64,000 nt of DNA, from assembly GCA_950096895.1 (NCBI GenBank), contig CATNBF010000002.1, positions 25,086-89,085 of the forward strand, in the 5' to 3' direction. Positions 1-10,562 of the stretch are shown here, piece after piece. The translations under genes and the position numbers were made by a program. The DNA comes from an uncultured bacterium. GTDB lineage: Bacteria > Pseudomonadota > Alphaproteobacteria > Rs-D84. The notes under the pieces are model-generated. The model ran no database searches, was not told the DNA's origin, and saw only the letters and a list, made by a program, of their open reading frames with translations. Each line of letters starts with the position of its first letter. Within the stretch, counting starts at the first letter, position 1.

Positions 1-1047
1 GACGCGGTTAAAACAGATTTTATGAATATTAATGATTATCTGTACTTGGTCGCGTTTTATTCGGCGCACGGGATGTCAGATGCCGCAGATAGTCTGCGCG
101 CGGATTTTACGTCGCGCCCAGGCAGCCTGTATTTACAAAATTATATCCCCACCACATCATGGGAAAATTATGCTGGTACGGATAATCAGCTGGTGTTTAG
201 TTTAATTCAGAATGTATCCCATACGACCATATTGATGTATTCGGATTTGTCGCTGATGATGCTGCGGATGGCAGAAATTATTCGGGGCGGGGCGGATGAC
301 ACGATTAATTATTATTTGGGTCAGTATTTTTATAATAATGATGGGAATTATGCCCGATTTTTCGAAGGGATTTCGCCATCGTGTCCCTTGCGTCCATTTG
401 CAGATTTGCGTCTGACCGATGGGGGCAAAGATATAACGCGTCTGGCCAAAACAGTGTCGGCCAATCCGTTATTTGTGCCTGGGGTTTCCCGGTTAATTGC
501 GCATTATGTGCAATTGGGGGATTATTCACGCGCGATGCGTGTGGTCAATGCGGCATTGGCGAACGCGGAATTGCCAGATACGGGTCGGGCGTTTTTCTTG
601 AAAACACGTGCCCAGATCAATTTGACGTTTCATAAACTTGACGCGGCCCAGTCAGACATTCGCGCGGCATCGGATCTGGTTGATATGGATCCAGATATTT
701 GGTCGATCCAGGCCAGGATTTGGGCGGCGCAAAAACGCGAACTGGACAATGCCTATGACTATGCAATGACATTGGTGCGCAAAAATGCCACAGATGTTAA
801 TGCGTGGGATACATTGGGGCGTGTGGTGGCGGTGCGTGATGGGATTGACGTGGCCTTGGATTTATTAACACGTGTGGGCGAAGTGTCTTCGACATGTTCG
901 TCTTTGTTTGAACAGTTGGGGGATTTGCATGCGGCCCAGGGGGATTGGGATGCGGCCCGCGATGCGTATGCACGTGCGATTGATTTATCATCAGATGGAT
1001 TATCCGTGCGCCCCGTGTTGGAAAAAAAGTTAAGGAAATTGAAATGA
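1..1047 (+). CDS. TPR-repeat protein, 5' end probably outside the window
   Basis: Frame 1 is open from base 1, with no stop before the first ATG at 22. The C-terminal half has TPR-like helical pairs (LGDLHAAQGDWDAARDAYARAIDL). The stop overlaps the gpsA start (ATGA at 1044-1047). Confidence 0.6.
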   Translation, partial: DAVKTDFMNINDYLYLVAFYSAHGMSDAADSLRADFTSRPGSLYLQNYIPTTSWENYAGTDNQLVFSLIQNVSHTTILMYSDLSLMMLRMAEIIRGGADDTINYYLGQYFYNNDGNYARFFEGISPSCPLRPFADLRLTDGGKDITRLAKTVSANPLFVPGVSRLIAHYVQLGDYSRAMRVVNAALANAELPDTGRAFFLKTRAQINLTFHKLDAAQSDIRAASDLVDMDPDIWSIQARIWAAQKRELDNAYDYAMTLVRKNATDVNAWDTLGRVVAVRDGIDVALDLLTRVGEVSSTCSSLFEQLGDLHAAQGDWDAARDAYARAIDLSSDGLSVRPVLEKKLRKLK

Positions 1048-1910
1048 AAGTTGCAGTGTTGGGGGCAGGGGCCTGGGGGACGGCGTTGGCATTATTGGCC
1101 GCCCGTGCGGGTCATGATGTGTGGTTGTGGTCTTATAATGGGGAATTTCATCAGCTTGATGGGGTTCAAATTCCTGAAAACATTCGTTTAACATCACGGT
1201 TCATAGATGTTGGCGCAACAGATGTATGGATTATGGTAACACCATCGGCCTTTTTTCGTGAAACCGTGCAAAAGGCCGCGTCGTATTATCAAAATCAACC
1301 GGTTTTAATTTGTACCAAGGGGCTAGAGGCGCAAACATACCGCTTTATGGCCGAGGTCTTGCGTGCAGAAATCCCACAATGCGTCGATATTGGGGTCGTA
1401 TCCGGGCCCCAATTCGCCGCAGAGGTGACACGTGGTGTTCCCACAGGTTCAACCTTGGCCGGTACAGACCGCGCACGTTCCGCAGGACGCAGCGTGTTAT
1501 CAGAAATGTATCTAGAAGAGACAGATGATATCGTCGGGACAGAGATTTGCGGTGTTGGTAAAAACGCGGTGGCCTTGATCTGTGGTTATATCGATGTGGT
1601 TGCACGTGGGGAAAACGAACGGGCGATGATTTTAACCCGCGCCTGGGGCGAAGTGGTGGATTTCGGTCTGGCGTGTGGCGGTCAAATACGGACGTTTTTG
1701 GGGTTGGCGGGGATTGGTGATTTGTTTTTATCGGCCACATCCACGACCAGTCGTAATTTTTCGGGCGGGCGGGCGATTGCATCGGGGGCACCGGTTACCG
1801 GTACCGTCGAAGGGATTTTTGCCTTGCGCGGGATTATTTCACGCGGCACCCAGTTGGGGGTTGATATGCCAACCTTGATGGAAATGGCCCGGTGCATGGA
1901 ATTAATTTAA
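1044..1910 (+). CDS. gpsA: NAD(P)H-dependent glycerol-3-phosphate dehydrogenase
   Basis: N-terminal Rossmann motif MKVAVLGAGAWGTALA. Internal GpsA-like GTEICGVGKNAVAL and GLAGIGDLFLSATSTTSRNF. Confidence 0.9.
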   Translation: MKVAVLGAGAWGTALALLAARAGHDVWLWSYNGEFHQLDGVQIPENIRLTSRFIDVGATDVWIMVTPSAFFRETVQKAASYYQNQPVLICTKGLEAQTYRFMAEVLRAEIPQCVDIGVVSGPQFAAEVTRGVPTGSTLAGTDRARSAGRSVLSEMYLEETDDIVGTEICGVGKNAVALICGYIDVVARGENERAMILTRAWGEVVDFGLACGGQIRTFLGLAGIGDLFLSATSTTSRNFSGGRAIASGAPVTGTVEGIFALRGIISRGTQLGVDMPTLMEMARCMELI

Positions 1911-1911
1911 G

Positions 1912-1947
1912 GTTAAAAAAAAGCCGGCATTTGCCGGTATTTTTTTA
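1912..1947. terminator. Bidirectional intrinsic terminator between gpsA and sspB
   Basis: A-run, GC hairpin gccggca..tgccgg, then a T-run (aaaaaaaagccggcatttgccggtattttttt). It lies between convergent genes. Confidence 0.6.
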
Positions 1948-2409
1948 TTGTTTTCTGGATTTTCGAAATTCATCCAATGAAACAACGCGTTTGGTATCTG
2001 GGATTGATCCCGGACGTTCATCCAATGGCAATTCCATATCATTGTCGGGCGCATCCGAGACCCGCGGATGAAACGATAACATAAAGTCCACCGATGGATC
2101 CTTGAATTCCACCAGGGCCGAAAACGGAACACGAATAAAGAACGGCCGCCCATCAAAGGTTAATTGAACCCCAAATTCCCGATCAGACACGTTCAGGTTG
2201 TTATATGAATATTGCAAGACGATCGTCATGATATCAGGATAACGCATCCGCAAGAAATCGGGTAAAACCACACCCGGATCACGGGTTTTGAATGTGATAA
2301 AGAAATGTGTCCCGTCCCCCAGACCATTGAATTGCGCATGGATCAGTGCGTCTTTGACAACGGATTTCAGGGCATTATCCAGTAACTGTTGATAATCAAT
2401 TGTTTTCAT
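1945..2409 (-). CDS. sspB: ClpXP adaptor SspB, alphaproteobacterial type
   Basis: HFFITFKTRDPGVVLPDFLRMRYPDIMTIVLQYSYNNLNV...FKDPSVDFMLSF matches the alpha-type SspB pattern as I recall it (HFYITF...YPxEMTIVLQ...FxDPSV). Confidence 0.8.
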   Translation of the reverse strand: MKTIDYQQLLDNALKSVVKDALIHAQFNGLGDGTHFFITFKTRDPGVVLPDFLRMRYPDIMTIVLQYSYNNLNVSDREFGVQLTFDGRPFFIRVPFSALVEFKDPSVDFMLSFHPRVSDAPDNDMELPLDERPGSIPDTKRVVSLDEFRKSRKQ

Positions 2410-2412
2410 TTT

Positions 2413-3504
2413 TTATTCCACCGGGATTAGTATATTATGAATATCACCATTCATGCAAGTAACAAATGCAGCGTTTGGAATATCTGAAAATGCCGCCGGA
2501 TCCAGGCCGGTGGCCCAAACCTGGGCGTGGGATGTGCCCAGTGTTTGAAACAAGTGGCGTCGGGCATCGGAATCCAGGTGCGCCGCCGCTTCGTCCAGCA
2601 AGATAATCGGATTGGCACCTGTTTTGGTGTGAATAAGTTTGGCGTGTGCCAGAATCAGATCCAGCAAGGCCCGTTTTTGCTGGCCAGTGCTGGTTAAATT
2701 TGCCGGTAAACCCAATGATGCGTTAAATACCCCAAAGTCTGATTTATGGGGCCCATCGATAACCATCTTGTCCCCGGTCAGGCATCGGTTCGTTCGCAGA
2801 TAATCCAGATACAATTTTTCGGCCGCCGATGCCGTGTCTGATATTATTTTTTCTTCGATAAAGCCGGTAACGGATACGGCAATGTGTTCCAAGAAATAAT
2901 TCAGCTCTGCCCCATAACGAATTCGGGCGGCGGCGACCGCCACGGCGATCGATGCGATTTGTATATCCAGTGCATCCAGCCAATGTCCATCGGCCCCACG
3001 GCGCAGGGCAAAGGCCCGTTCAGATATCAATTTGCCCAATCGGGCCACGCGTCCGGGGTGCGTGGCATCAAATCCCGCGACCAGTCGGTCAAAAAACGCC
3101 CGACGGTCGGCGGCACTATCGACAAAAATTCTGTCTTCACGGGGGGTGATCCAAACGACGCGCAATCGGGCGGCCAAATCGGCCAATCCGGCGGTATCCC
3201 CATCAATATGGGCATGACGATTGGCGTCGCCCGCGGCAAATGTTACCGCCACATCAGAATCATCACGCAACCGGGCATGGACGGCAAAGCCCCCCGATGC
3301 CCCGAAACGGGCCACATCGGTATAGGGGGCACCGCGCATTCCCCGATCCCCGCCCAGCATCGATATCGCTTCGAGAATGGCGGTCTTGCCCGCACCATTG
3401 GGACCTGTGATAATAATATTGGGTCGACCATGTGTTGTAATACGGCTGCATGCGTGGTTCCTAAAATCAGTCAGGGTTAGATTTTCTATCATATGGGGCA
3501 TCAT
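2413..3504 (-). CDS. recF: DNA replication and repair protein RecF
   Basis: LTLTDFRNH followed by the Walker A GPNGAGKTAILEAI. C-terminal ABC signature-like GQQKRALLDLILA and Walker B ILLDEAAAHLD. The exact start among three nearby Met codons is uncertain. Confidence 0.9.
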   Translation of the reverse strand: MMPHMIENLTLTDFRNHACSRITTHGRPNIIITGPNGAGKTAILEAISMLGGDRGMRGAPYTDVARFGASGGFAVHARLRDDSDVAVTFAAGDANRHAHIDGDTAGLADLAARLRVVWITPREDRIFVDSAADRRAFFDRLVAGFDATHPGRVARLGKLISERAFALRRGADGHWLDALDIQIASIAVAVAAARIRYGAELNYFLEHIAVSVTGFIEEKIISDTASAAEKLYLDYLRTNRCLTGDKMVIDGPHKSDFGVFNASLGLPANLTSTGQQKRALLDLILAHAKLIHTKTGANPIILLDEAAAHLDSDARRHLFQTLGTSHAQVWATGLDPAAFSDIPNAAFVTCMNGDIHNILIPVE

Positions 3505-3596
3505 ACACCTATAAAATCAAAAGCGCAAGGCCCGCCGCCAGCCAAAAATCAATAAATTAAGAATTAAAAAAACGTCCCATTCGGAACGTTTAATTG

Positions 3597-3670
3597 TGGA
3601 GGCCTGGGTCGGAATCGAACCGGCATCCAAGGATTTGCAGTCCTCTGCATAACCACTCTGCCACCAGGCC
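3597..3670 (-). tRNA. tRNA-Cys (GCA)
   Basis: The reverse complement GGCCTGGTGGCAGAGTGGTTATGCAGAGGACTGCAAATCCTTGGATGCCGGTTCGATTCCGACCCAGGCCTCCA folds as a cloverleaf. It has anticodon loop CT-GCA-AA, a T-loop GGTTCGATTCC and an encoded CCA. Confidence 0.95.
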
Positions 3671-3759
3671 ATCGGACATACCATAGGCAAAAAAAAATCT
3701 TAATTCAATAGAAAAATTTTAATTTTATGATATAATTGCGACCAGAGAGAGTGTAATCA

Positions 3760-5097
3760 ATGAAAAAAATCGTACTGACACTGTGTTTCGTGCCATTGGC
3801 CTGTTTTGGCATGGACGATTGTATGTCGTTAAAGACAGCCCCGGCGGGTGAATTAACATTAAAACAAGTTATCGATCTGGGGTTATGTCGCAATCCGCAA
3901 ACAGCAGCGGCGTATTTGGCATCTGAATCCGCCCGGTTTAGCAAGAATGCCGGTTATGCCAATTATTTACCAAATGTGTCTGGATCTGCATCCGGCAGCT
4001 TGCCGTACAGAAACGAAGAATGGGGTGATTGGTCATGGGGGGCGTCTTTGTCGGCGTCATATTTGCTGTTTGATTTCGGTAAAAGATTGGCCGATTTGAA
4101 TACATTGGCGGCGACATGGCGGGCGGCCGGGTTCGATTATGACGAAAGTGTCCAGAATTATATCTATGGGATTATTGGGGCATACTATGCGTTATTAAAT
4201 GCCGATGCCGATGTTCGTTCTGCGACCAGTTTACAGGCGGTTGCCAAAACGGCCCGCGATACGGCGCAAAAGAAGTTCAAGGCCGGGGTTGTGGCCCGGG
4301 CCGACGTGTTAAAGGCGGAAACCACATTGGCCAGTCGTGATTTGGATTTGGAACGGGCCAAGAATAATCGTGAAATTGCCAAGGGAACATTGCTGGCGAA
4401 ACTGTCTTTTTCGGCCGCCGATGATATTCAGATTGCAGATATGGCATCTGAATTCGGATCCGCCGCCGAGAACGAGAGTATTGATGAATTATTGGCCACG
4501 GCCCGGTCACGGCGGCCTGATTTATTGCGGGCAACGGCCAATACGGACGCCGCGTGGCATCGCCGAAACAGTTCGTTTTTGAAAAACTTGCCGTCAATTT
4601 CGGCGTCTGGGACATTATCATGGAATGATACCCCATCCGAATCATTTAATGCCGGCAATAATCATATCAGCGGCAGCATTGGCATCCGGGCATCTATGCC
4701 GATTTTTGCGGGCTTTGCCAATATGTATGGGGTGCGGGCGGCAACGGCTAATTATGATCGCGCCCTAGAGACGCAGCGTAATACCGAAGACAATGCCACC
4801 TTGGATGTATTTAGTGCATACCAAAATTATAAAACAGCGCAAAAGGTGTTGAATCAGACCAAGGCCTTGCTGGCATCGGCAACCGAAAGCGAAAAGGTAA
4901 CCGCCGGCATGTACAAAGTAGGGCGGGCGACAATGCTGGATTGGCAAACGGCGCAATCGGAATTGGTTGATGCAGAAAAGCAAAACAATGCCGCCAAATA
5001 TGATTTGTTTATCAAACGCGCGGCGGTGGCCCTGGCGATTGGGGATATTCACGCGGGTTTAATTACCACACAAGACATGGGGAAAGAAAATGAATAA
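3760..5097 (+). CDS. TolC-family outer membrane efflux protein
   Basis: Signal peptide, then two tandem coiled-coil/beta repeats typical of TolC/OprM-family proteins (YLPNVSGSAS..., ARRPDLLRA...). It is the first gene of an efflux operon with an adaptor and an ABC pump. Confidence 0.85.
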   Translation: MKKIVLTLCFVPLACFGMDDCMSLKTAPAGELTLKQVIDLGLCRNPQTAAAYLASESARFSKNAGYANYLPNVSGSASGSLPYRNEEWGDWSWGASLSASYLLFDFGKRLADLNTLAATWRAAGFDYDESVQNYIYGIIGAYYALLNADADVRSATSLQAVAKTARDTAQKKFKAGVVARADVLKAETTLASRDLDLERAKNNREIAKGTLLAKLSFSAADDIQIADMASEFGSAAENESIDELLATARSRRPDLLRATANTDAAWHRRNSSFLKNLPSISASGTLSWNDTPSESFNAGNNHISGSIGIRASMPIFAGFANMYGVRAATANYDRALETQRNTEDNATLDVFSAYQNYKTAQKVLNQTKALLASATESEKVTAGMYKVGRATMLDWQTAQSELVDAEKQNNAAKYDLFIKRAAVALAIGDIHAGLITTQDMGKENE

Positions 5098-6283
5098 AAA
5101 TTCACGGGTTAAACGATTGATGCGCTGGATTTGGCGTAAAAAATGGTGGATTCTTGTTTTGACGGCGGCGATTGTCGCAGGGGGCATGATTTGGGGGGGC
5201 AAGTCGTCGGATCAGACCCAATTTTCAACATTACCGATTAGTCGGGGCGAACTGCGCCAGGTGGTAACGGCGACCGGTGAAATTATGCCGGTAAACACCG
5301 TCAATGTTGGATCCCAGGTTTCAGGTACCATCGAAGATATCTTTGTTGATTATAATTCCAAGGTAAAGCAAGGGGATATCTTGTTAAAAATCGAACCATC
5401 GGTTTTACAGGCATCTGTGGATGAAGCCAAGGCATCCCTGGTTTCTGCCCAGTCGCAGCGTAATTACGCGAAAAACGAATATGAACGCAATCGCACCCTG
5501 TATGCCGATGGGTATATTGCCCGGGCAGAAATGGAACAATCCCAGACCAATTACGAACAGGCCGAACAATCTGTCTTGCGGGCCCAGTCGCAATATGATC
5601 GGGCAGAAACCAATCTGGGGTATGCGACGATTGTTTCCCCGGTCAATGGGACGGTTATCTCGCGCAAGGTGGACAAAGGCCAGACGGTTGCGGCATCGTT
5701 CCAGACGCCTGATTTGTTTGAAATTGCCGAAGATTTATCCAAAATGCAGATTGAAACATCTGTATCAGAGGCTGATATTGGCATGATCAAAGATGGCCAA
5801 GGCGTGACATTTACGGTTGATGCGTATCCGACCCAGACCTTTGACGGGGTGGTGCGCCAGGTTCGTTTATCCCCAACAACAACATCGAACGTGGTTGTGT
5901 ATACTGTGGTCATTGATGTGGATAATTCAGATTTACGCCTGATGCCGGGGATGACCGCGTTTGTGACCATTGTTATTGATGACAAGGCCAGCGTATGGAA
6001 GGCCCCCAACGCCGCATTCTTGGTTCGAACATATGTCAATATCAAGGAAGATTTATCCGAAGATATTACACCCAAAACCCACCTGGCGATAGAGCGGATT
6101 GGCGCAGACGATGTTATCTTTATCCCCTATGCAAAGGGATTGACCACGGCCACAGAAACAGAAATTATTGCCGATGATATCCGGGCCGGCGACAGAATTA
6201 TTGTGGGACGCACCGGGGCCACATCTGGGGGCGCATCAACATCTGGGCGCATGGGCATGGGGCCGGGCGGCCCACGGCAATAA
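5090..6283 (+). CDS. Efflux periplasmic adaptor (HlyD/MacA family)
   Basis: N-terminal TM anchor. Biotinyl-lipoyl-like VNVGSQVSGTIEDIFVDYNSKVKQGDILLKIEP, a coiled-coil hairpin, then YATIVSPVNGTVISRKVDKGQTV. Overlaps the tolC-like stop by 8 nt. Confidence 0.85.
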   Translation: MNKNSRVKRLMRWIWRKKWWILVLTAAIVAGGMIWGGKSSDQTQFSTLPISRGELRQVVTATGEIMPVNTVNVGSQVSGTIEDIFVDYNSKVKQGDILLKIEPSVLQASVDEAKASLVSAQSQRNYAKNEYERNRTLYADGYIARAEMEQSQTNYEQAEQSVLRAQSQYDRAETNLGYATIVSPVNGTVISRKVDKGQTVAASFQTPDLFEIAEDLSKMQIETSVSEADIGMIKDGQGVTFTVDAYPTQTFDGVVRQVRLSPTTTSNVVVYTVVIDVDNSDLRLMPGMTAFVTIVIDDKASVWKAPNAAFLVRTYVNIKEDLSEDITPKTHLAIERIGADDVIFIPYAKGLTTATETEIIADDIRAGDRIIVGRTGATSGGASTSGRMGMGPGGPRQ

Positions 6284-6299
6284 TCCGGGGGGGGCAATT

Positions 6300-7067
6300 A
6301 TGACACGTAAACCCAAACAACGCCCACAAGACATTATTATTTCCATGGCGGGGGTGGATAAATCATTCCCGTTGGAAATGGGCGGCCAGCAACAGGTCTT
6401 GTTTGATGTCACCTTTGATGTGCATGCCGGGGAATTTGTTGCCATTATGGGGCCGTCGGGATCCGGGAAATCAACATGTATGAATATTATCGGTGCGCTG
6501 GATACGGCAACAGGGGGCACCTATAAACTCTATGGAACCGATATTACCCATATGACGGCCGATGAATTGGCAGTTGTCCGGAACGAGCATATTGGTTTCG
6601 TCTTTCAAAATTTTAACCTGTTGGCCAAGCGCACGGTTTTAGATAATGTGATGTTGCCGCTGATGTATCGGGGGATGTCGATGGGTGAACGCGTGACGCG
6701 GGCGCGTGAAATGTTAAAACGCGTGGGGTTGGAACGATTTGAAACCTATTTGCCGACGCAGTTGTCGGGCGGGATGAAGCAACGTGTGGCGATTGCCCGC
6801 GCACTGGCGGGGGATCCAAAATTAATTCTGGCCGACGAACCAACCGGGGCCCTGGATAGCAAGATGGGCAATGAAATCTTGCGCTTTTTTAAGCAATTAA
6901 ATCATGATATGGGCATTACGATCGTGATGATTACGCATGAATTTGATATTGCGCGTTATGCCGATCGGGTTATTCATATCTATGACGGACGTATTACGTA
7001 TGATGGCCCCATTCCGGCCAATGAATCGGTCTTGGTGAAATCCGAACAAAAGGCACGTAAAAAATGA
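6300..7067 (+). CDS. ABC transporter ATP-binding protein (MacB/LolD-like)
   Basis: Walker [11 protein letters not shown]-loop, signature [15 protein letters not shown] and Walker [13 protein letters not shown] prefer the ATG at 6300 (MTRKPKQ) to the 6168 start, which would overlap the adaptor gene by 116 nt. Confidence 0.9.
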   Translation: MTRKPKQRPQDIIISMAGVDKSFPLEMGGQQQVLFDVTFDVHAGEFVAIMGPSGSGKSTCMNIIGALDTATGGTYKLYGTDITHMTADELAVVRNEHIGFVFQNFNLLAKRTVLDNVMLPLMYRGMSMGERVTRAREMLKRVGLERFETYLPTQLSGGMKQRVAIARALAGDPKLILADEPTGALDSKMGNEILRFFKQLNHDMGITIVMITHEFDIARYADRVIHIYDGRITYDGPIPANESVLVKSEQKARKK

Positions 7068-8281
7068 CATTTAATGATATATTCAAGGAATCTTGGCTGT
7101 CGGTGGGCGGGAATAAGTTACGGTCGTTTTTAACGGTCTTGGGGATCGTTATTGGGGTTATGGCGGTGGTGATTATGGTGGCGGTTGGTGAAACAGTCCA
7201 GCATCAAATCACAGACCAGTTTTCATCGCTGGGGACAAATACGATCATGATTCGTGCCGGTGCGGCCCAAACAGGTGGCGTTCGAAGCGGTAATCGCCAG
7301 ACATTGACCACAGATGACGCCGAATTTATTGCCAAATTACCTGATGTGATGGCGGTAACGCCCGTTCAAAACAGCGCAGCCCAGGCTATCTATGGAAATA
7401 AAAACTGGGCAACGTCAATGGTCGGGGCATGGCCGGCATACACCACCGTCCAGAATATCGAGATGCAGCAAGGAACTTTTTTTGATCAATCGGCGGTGCG
7501 TAATGCATCGACATATGCGGTTATTGGACCAACTACGGCCACCGAACTGGGGTTACCCGATAACCCCGTGGGCCAGGTTATTCGTATTCAAAATACCCCC
7601 TTTGTTATTGTGGGGGTAACCAAGGCCAAGGGTGATTCGGCCATGGGATCCCAAGATGATATGATTATTATTCCGTTGTCGACATTGAAAAAACGTCTGC
7701 AAGGCAGTCGCTTTCCCAATTCGGTCAGTATGTTGGCCTTGAAACTTTATCCGGATGCAGACAATAATCTGGTGATAGAGCAAATTACGGCCCTGTTGCG
7801 GCAACGACACAAGTTAAAAGATACCGATGCCGATGACTTTCAGATCATGGATATGAAACAGGTGATGGAAACCATGAATACAGTGACCGGATATTTGAAG
7901 CTGCTGCTGATTGCGATTGCGGGGGTATCCTTGCTGGTGGGGGCGATTGGGATTATGAACATGATGTTGGTGTCGGTGGCCGAACGCACACGTGAAATCG
8001 GTATACGCAAGGCCATTGGGGCCCGGGAACGGCATATTATTACCCAGTTTTTGTCAGAATCCATATTGATCTCTTTTATTGGATCAATGGCGGGGCTGGC
8101 CCTGGGGGTGGGATTATCCCAAGGAATTGGGCGGTTTATCATGGGATACGATGTACCGTTTTCGGCATGGCCGGTCTTGTTATCGGTCAGTGTGGCGGTC
8201 ATTGTTGGATTGGCATCTGGGGTTATGCCGGCCTATAAAGCGGCCAAATTAAACCCGATTGATAGTTTAAGATATGAATAA
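7064..8281 (+). CDS. ABC transporter permease, MacB/FtsX family
   Basis: N-terminal TM helix, a large periplasmic domain, and a C-terminal FtsX-type 3-TM bundle (ERTREIGIRKAIGARERHIITQFL...). ATGA overlap with the ATPase gene. Confidence 0.9.
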   Translation: MTFNDIFKESWLSVGGNKLRSFLTVLGIVIGVMAVVIMVAVGETVQHQITDQFSSLGTNTIMIRAGAAQTGGVRSGNRQTLTTDDAEFIAKLPDVMAVTPVQNSAAQAIYGNKNWATSMVGAWPAYTTVQNIEMQQGTFFDQSAVRNASTYAVIGPTTATELGLPDNPVGQVIRIQNTPFVIVGVTKAKGDSAMGSQDDMIIIPLSTLKKRLQGSRFPNSVSMLALKLYPDADNNLVIEQITALLRQRHKLKDTDADDFQIMDMKQVMETMNTVTGYLKLLLIAIAGVSLLVGAIGIMNMMLVSVAERTREIGIRKAIGARERHIITQFLSESILISFIGSMAGLALGVGLSQGIGRFIMGYDVPFSAWPVLLSVSVAVIVGLASGVMPAYKAAKLNPIDSLRYE

Positions 8282-8334
8282 ATGTGTGACAGACTTGACA
8301 AGACGCGCCAAGTATTATAAGATGGCGTTGCTTT

Positions 8335-8411
8335 GGGTGTTTAGCTCAGTTGATTAGAGCATCTCGTTTACACCGAGAGGGTCGGGGGTTTGAGTCCCTC
8401 AACACCCACCA
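8335..8411 (+). tRNA. tRNA-Val (TAC)
   Basis: GGGTGTTTAGCTCAGTTGATTAGAGCATCTCGTTTACACCGAGAGGGTCGGGGGTTTGAGTCCCTCAACACCCACCA. The acceptor stem GGGTGTT/AACACCC pairs, and the anticodon loop is TT-TAC-AC. Confidence 0.95.
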
Positions 8412-8416
8412 AGATT

Positions 8417-8440
8417 AAAACCGCCATCGGCGGTTTTTTT
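8417..8440 (+). terminator. Intrinsic terminator after tRNA-Val
   Basis: aaaaccgcc-atc-ggcggttttttt: a GC stem followed by a T7 run. Confidence 0.7.
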
Positions 8441-8492
8441 ATTTCTTTAGATGGTTATGGGAATAAAAAATCCCGGTTGCCCGGGATATTTG

Positions 8493-9089
8493 TTACAACA
8501 GACAGGCCAATGTTGCCCCGGTATTTTTGATCATAAACCATCCGATGCGATAGTCTGTGGCATAAACCGTTGCCATAAACAGGGCAATAATTGCAATAAC
8601 GGCGATAACATTATTGCGTTTACCCCGCATGCAATACAAGCTGATGTTATAAAACAGAAACAACAGATAGATATCGATCGCCAGACTGATGATCCACATG
8701 GATGTACAGTTAAACGCCAGCGCGTTTAGCACCAATATCACCGGATAGATAAAGAAGATCGAGGCCAAGCCCTTGATCGCAATTTCCCAATCGCGTTCGC
8801 CACCTGTAATTTCCGAGACCAGCATCATCAGCCCCCCCATCACAAACAACAGCGTCACCGCCAAGACAGGAACAATGACAATGGCGGTAAAAATACTGCC
8901 CACGGTGATGGTTGCCCCGCCAACCAGACGCAGCCCCAGCACCAGTATCCCCCCCAGCAACCCATACAGGAATGCTCGCAGCATAGATTCTTCGAGATTG
9001 CCATCCGCCACGATTTTTGTAAAGAACCGTTTGGGTTGGGTTAATACGCCCGTGATGTGGGACAGCCAAGTTTTAATTTTTTTACGCAT
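8493..9089 (-). CDS. Yip1-family integral membrane protein
   Basis: N-terminal cytoplasmic segment (VLTQPKRFFTKI) followed by five hydrophobic helices, the Yip1/DUF1282-like architecture. No catalytic motif seen. Confidence 0.55.
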   Translation of the reverse strand: MRKKIKTWLSHITGVLTQPKRFFTKIVADGNLEESMLRAFLYGLLGGILVLGLRLVGGATITVGSIFTAIVIVPVLAVTLLFVMGGLMMLVSEITGGERDWEIAIKGLASIFFIYPVILVLNALAFNCTSMWIISLAIDIYLLFLFYNISLYCMRGKRNNVIAVIAIIALFMATVYATDYRIGWFMIKNTGATLACLL

Positions 9090-9154
9090 GGGTTAACTCC
9101 GGTTTGATTATTTCTATTTTTGCTTTATAATTACAAAAAATCAATGGAAAAATC

Positions 9155-10486
9155 ATGAAAAAATTGACAATTGTGGGCCGGCCTAATACCGGTAAATCGA
9201 CACTGTTTAATGCATTGACCGGAACGCGGGACGCGTTGGTCCATGATCGGCCGGGTGTAACCCGTGATGTGATCCAAGGAACGGTCAAGATGCGGGATTG
9301 GACGGTCTTTGATACGGCGGGGCTGGAACGTGCGAAAAGCGGGCTGGCCGCGGATTCAACAGATATGGCGTTAACCGCAATTGCCGATGCGGATGCCATC
9401 TTGTTTGTGGTTGATGGTCGTGCCGGCTTGATGAGCGAGGATATGGACTGGGCCCGGACGGTGCGGCGGGCGGCGGGGAAAACACCCGTGCTGCTGGTGG
9501 CGAACAAGACCGAATCAGGGCGACGGGTGGCCGATCTGGATGATTTTTATAAGTTGGGTTTTGGCGCACCCCGTTCGATTTCGGCCGAACATAAACAGGG
9601 ATTCGACGTTATTTATGATTTCCTTGACGGTATTGCCCCATCGGACAATGGGGAAATGTCAAGCCCGGCCATGCCGGTTCATATCGCCATTATGGGGCAA
9701 CCAAATGTGGGTAAATCAACCTTTGTTAATCGGGTCTTGGGTGAAAATCGTCAGATTGTACGTGATATGCCGGGCGTAACCCGTGATACGGTCAAGATAC
9801 CGACGCGTTTTTACGGCCGTGATATTGTGTTAATGGATACCGCCGGGCTGCGCCGCAAGGCGGGTGTTACGGACGATGTTGAAACACTGTCGGCGTTAAA
9901 GTCGCTGGACGCGATTGCCAAGGCCGATGTGGTTGTTTTAATTGTTGATGCCACCCGTAATATTGAAAACCAGGCCTTGGGCATTGCCGGGCGGGTGTAT
10001 GATGCCGGCAAGATTTTGTGTGTGGCGTTAAATAAATGGGATTTGGTCCCAGAGATAGAGCGGGACGAAAAACTGTTAAAATTAAAGCATCAATTTGGCA
10101 ATTCGTTTCACCAGATTATCAAGCCAATGATTCTGGCTATATCGGCGGAAAAGGGAACCGGTGTCCAGAATTTATTCAAGCGCATCTATCAGCAATGGGA
10201 TTTGTCAAATACCAATGTCCCAACCAGTTTGATTAATCGTATCATTGAAAAATTGGTCGCTGATCGCCAGCCGCCGATGTCGCGGCTAAAACGGCCCATG
10301 AAGATTAAATTTGCCCGCCAGACGGGACGTCATCCGATGCGCGTGACCATTAATGTGGGGGGGGCATCGGATATTCCAGAATCATATACGCGGTATTTAC
10401 GGCGTGGATTGGCCACGGCGTTGGGGTGGGAACATCTACCTGTTGTAATAGAATATCAAAAGGCTGATAATCCATATGACCAATGA
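9155..10486 (+). CDS. der: Ribosome-associated GTPase Der (EngA)
   Basis: Two tandem GTPase domains (GRPNTGKSTLFNAL...DTAG...NKTE and GQPNVGKSTFVNRV...DTAGLR...NKWD) plus a C-terminal KH-like domain. Confidence 0.95.
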   Translation: MKKLTIVGRPNTGKSTLFNALTGTRDALVHDRPGVTRDVIQGTVKMRDWTVFDTAGLERAKSGLAADSTDMALTAIADADAILFVVDGRAGLMSEDMDWARTVRRAAGKTPVLLVANKTESGRRVADLDDFYKLGFGAPRSISAEHKQGFDVIYDFLDGIAPSDNGEMSSPAMPVHIAIMGQPNVGKSTFVNRVLGENRQIVRDMPGVTRDTVKIPTRFYGRDIVLMDTAGLRRKAGVTDDVETLSALKSLDAIAKADVVVLIVDATRNIENQALGIAGRVYDAGKILCVALNKWDLVPEIERDEKLLKLKHQFGNSFHQIIKPMILAISAEKGTGVQNLFKRIYQQWDLSNTNVPTSLINRIIEKLVADRQPPMSRLKRPMKIKFARQTGRHPMRVTINVGGASDIPESYTRYLRRGLATALGWEHLPVVIEYQKADNPYDQ

Positions 10487-10526
10487 CCCCACACTGTTGG
10501 TCGCTTTGGGCCGATCTATCGGTCAT

Positions 10527-10562
10527 AAAAACAGCGTTGAAAATTCCAACGCTGTTTTTTTA
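10527..10562. terminator. Bidirectional intrinsic terminator between der and the T4CP gene
   Basis: aaaacagcgttg-gaaaattc-caacgctgttttttt: a 10-bp stem flanked by A- and T-runs, between convergent genes. Confidence 0.7.

Noticed and set aside
6168-6299. An upstream 44-codon extension of the ABC ATPase ORF, overlapping the adaptor gene by 116 nt.
   Set aside because: The extension is a Gly/Pro/His/Ala-rich read-through of the adaptor's C-terminal region in another frame. The ATG at 6300 gives a normal-length N-terminus before the Walker A motif.
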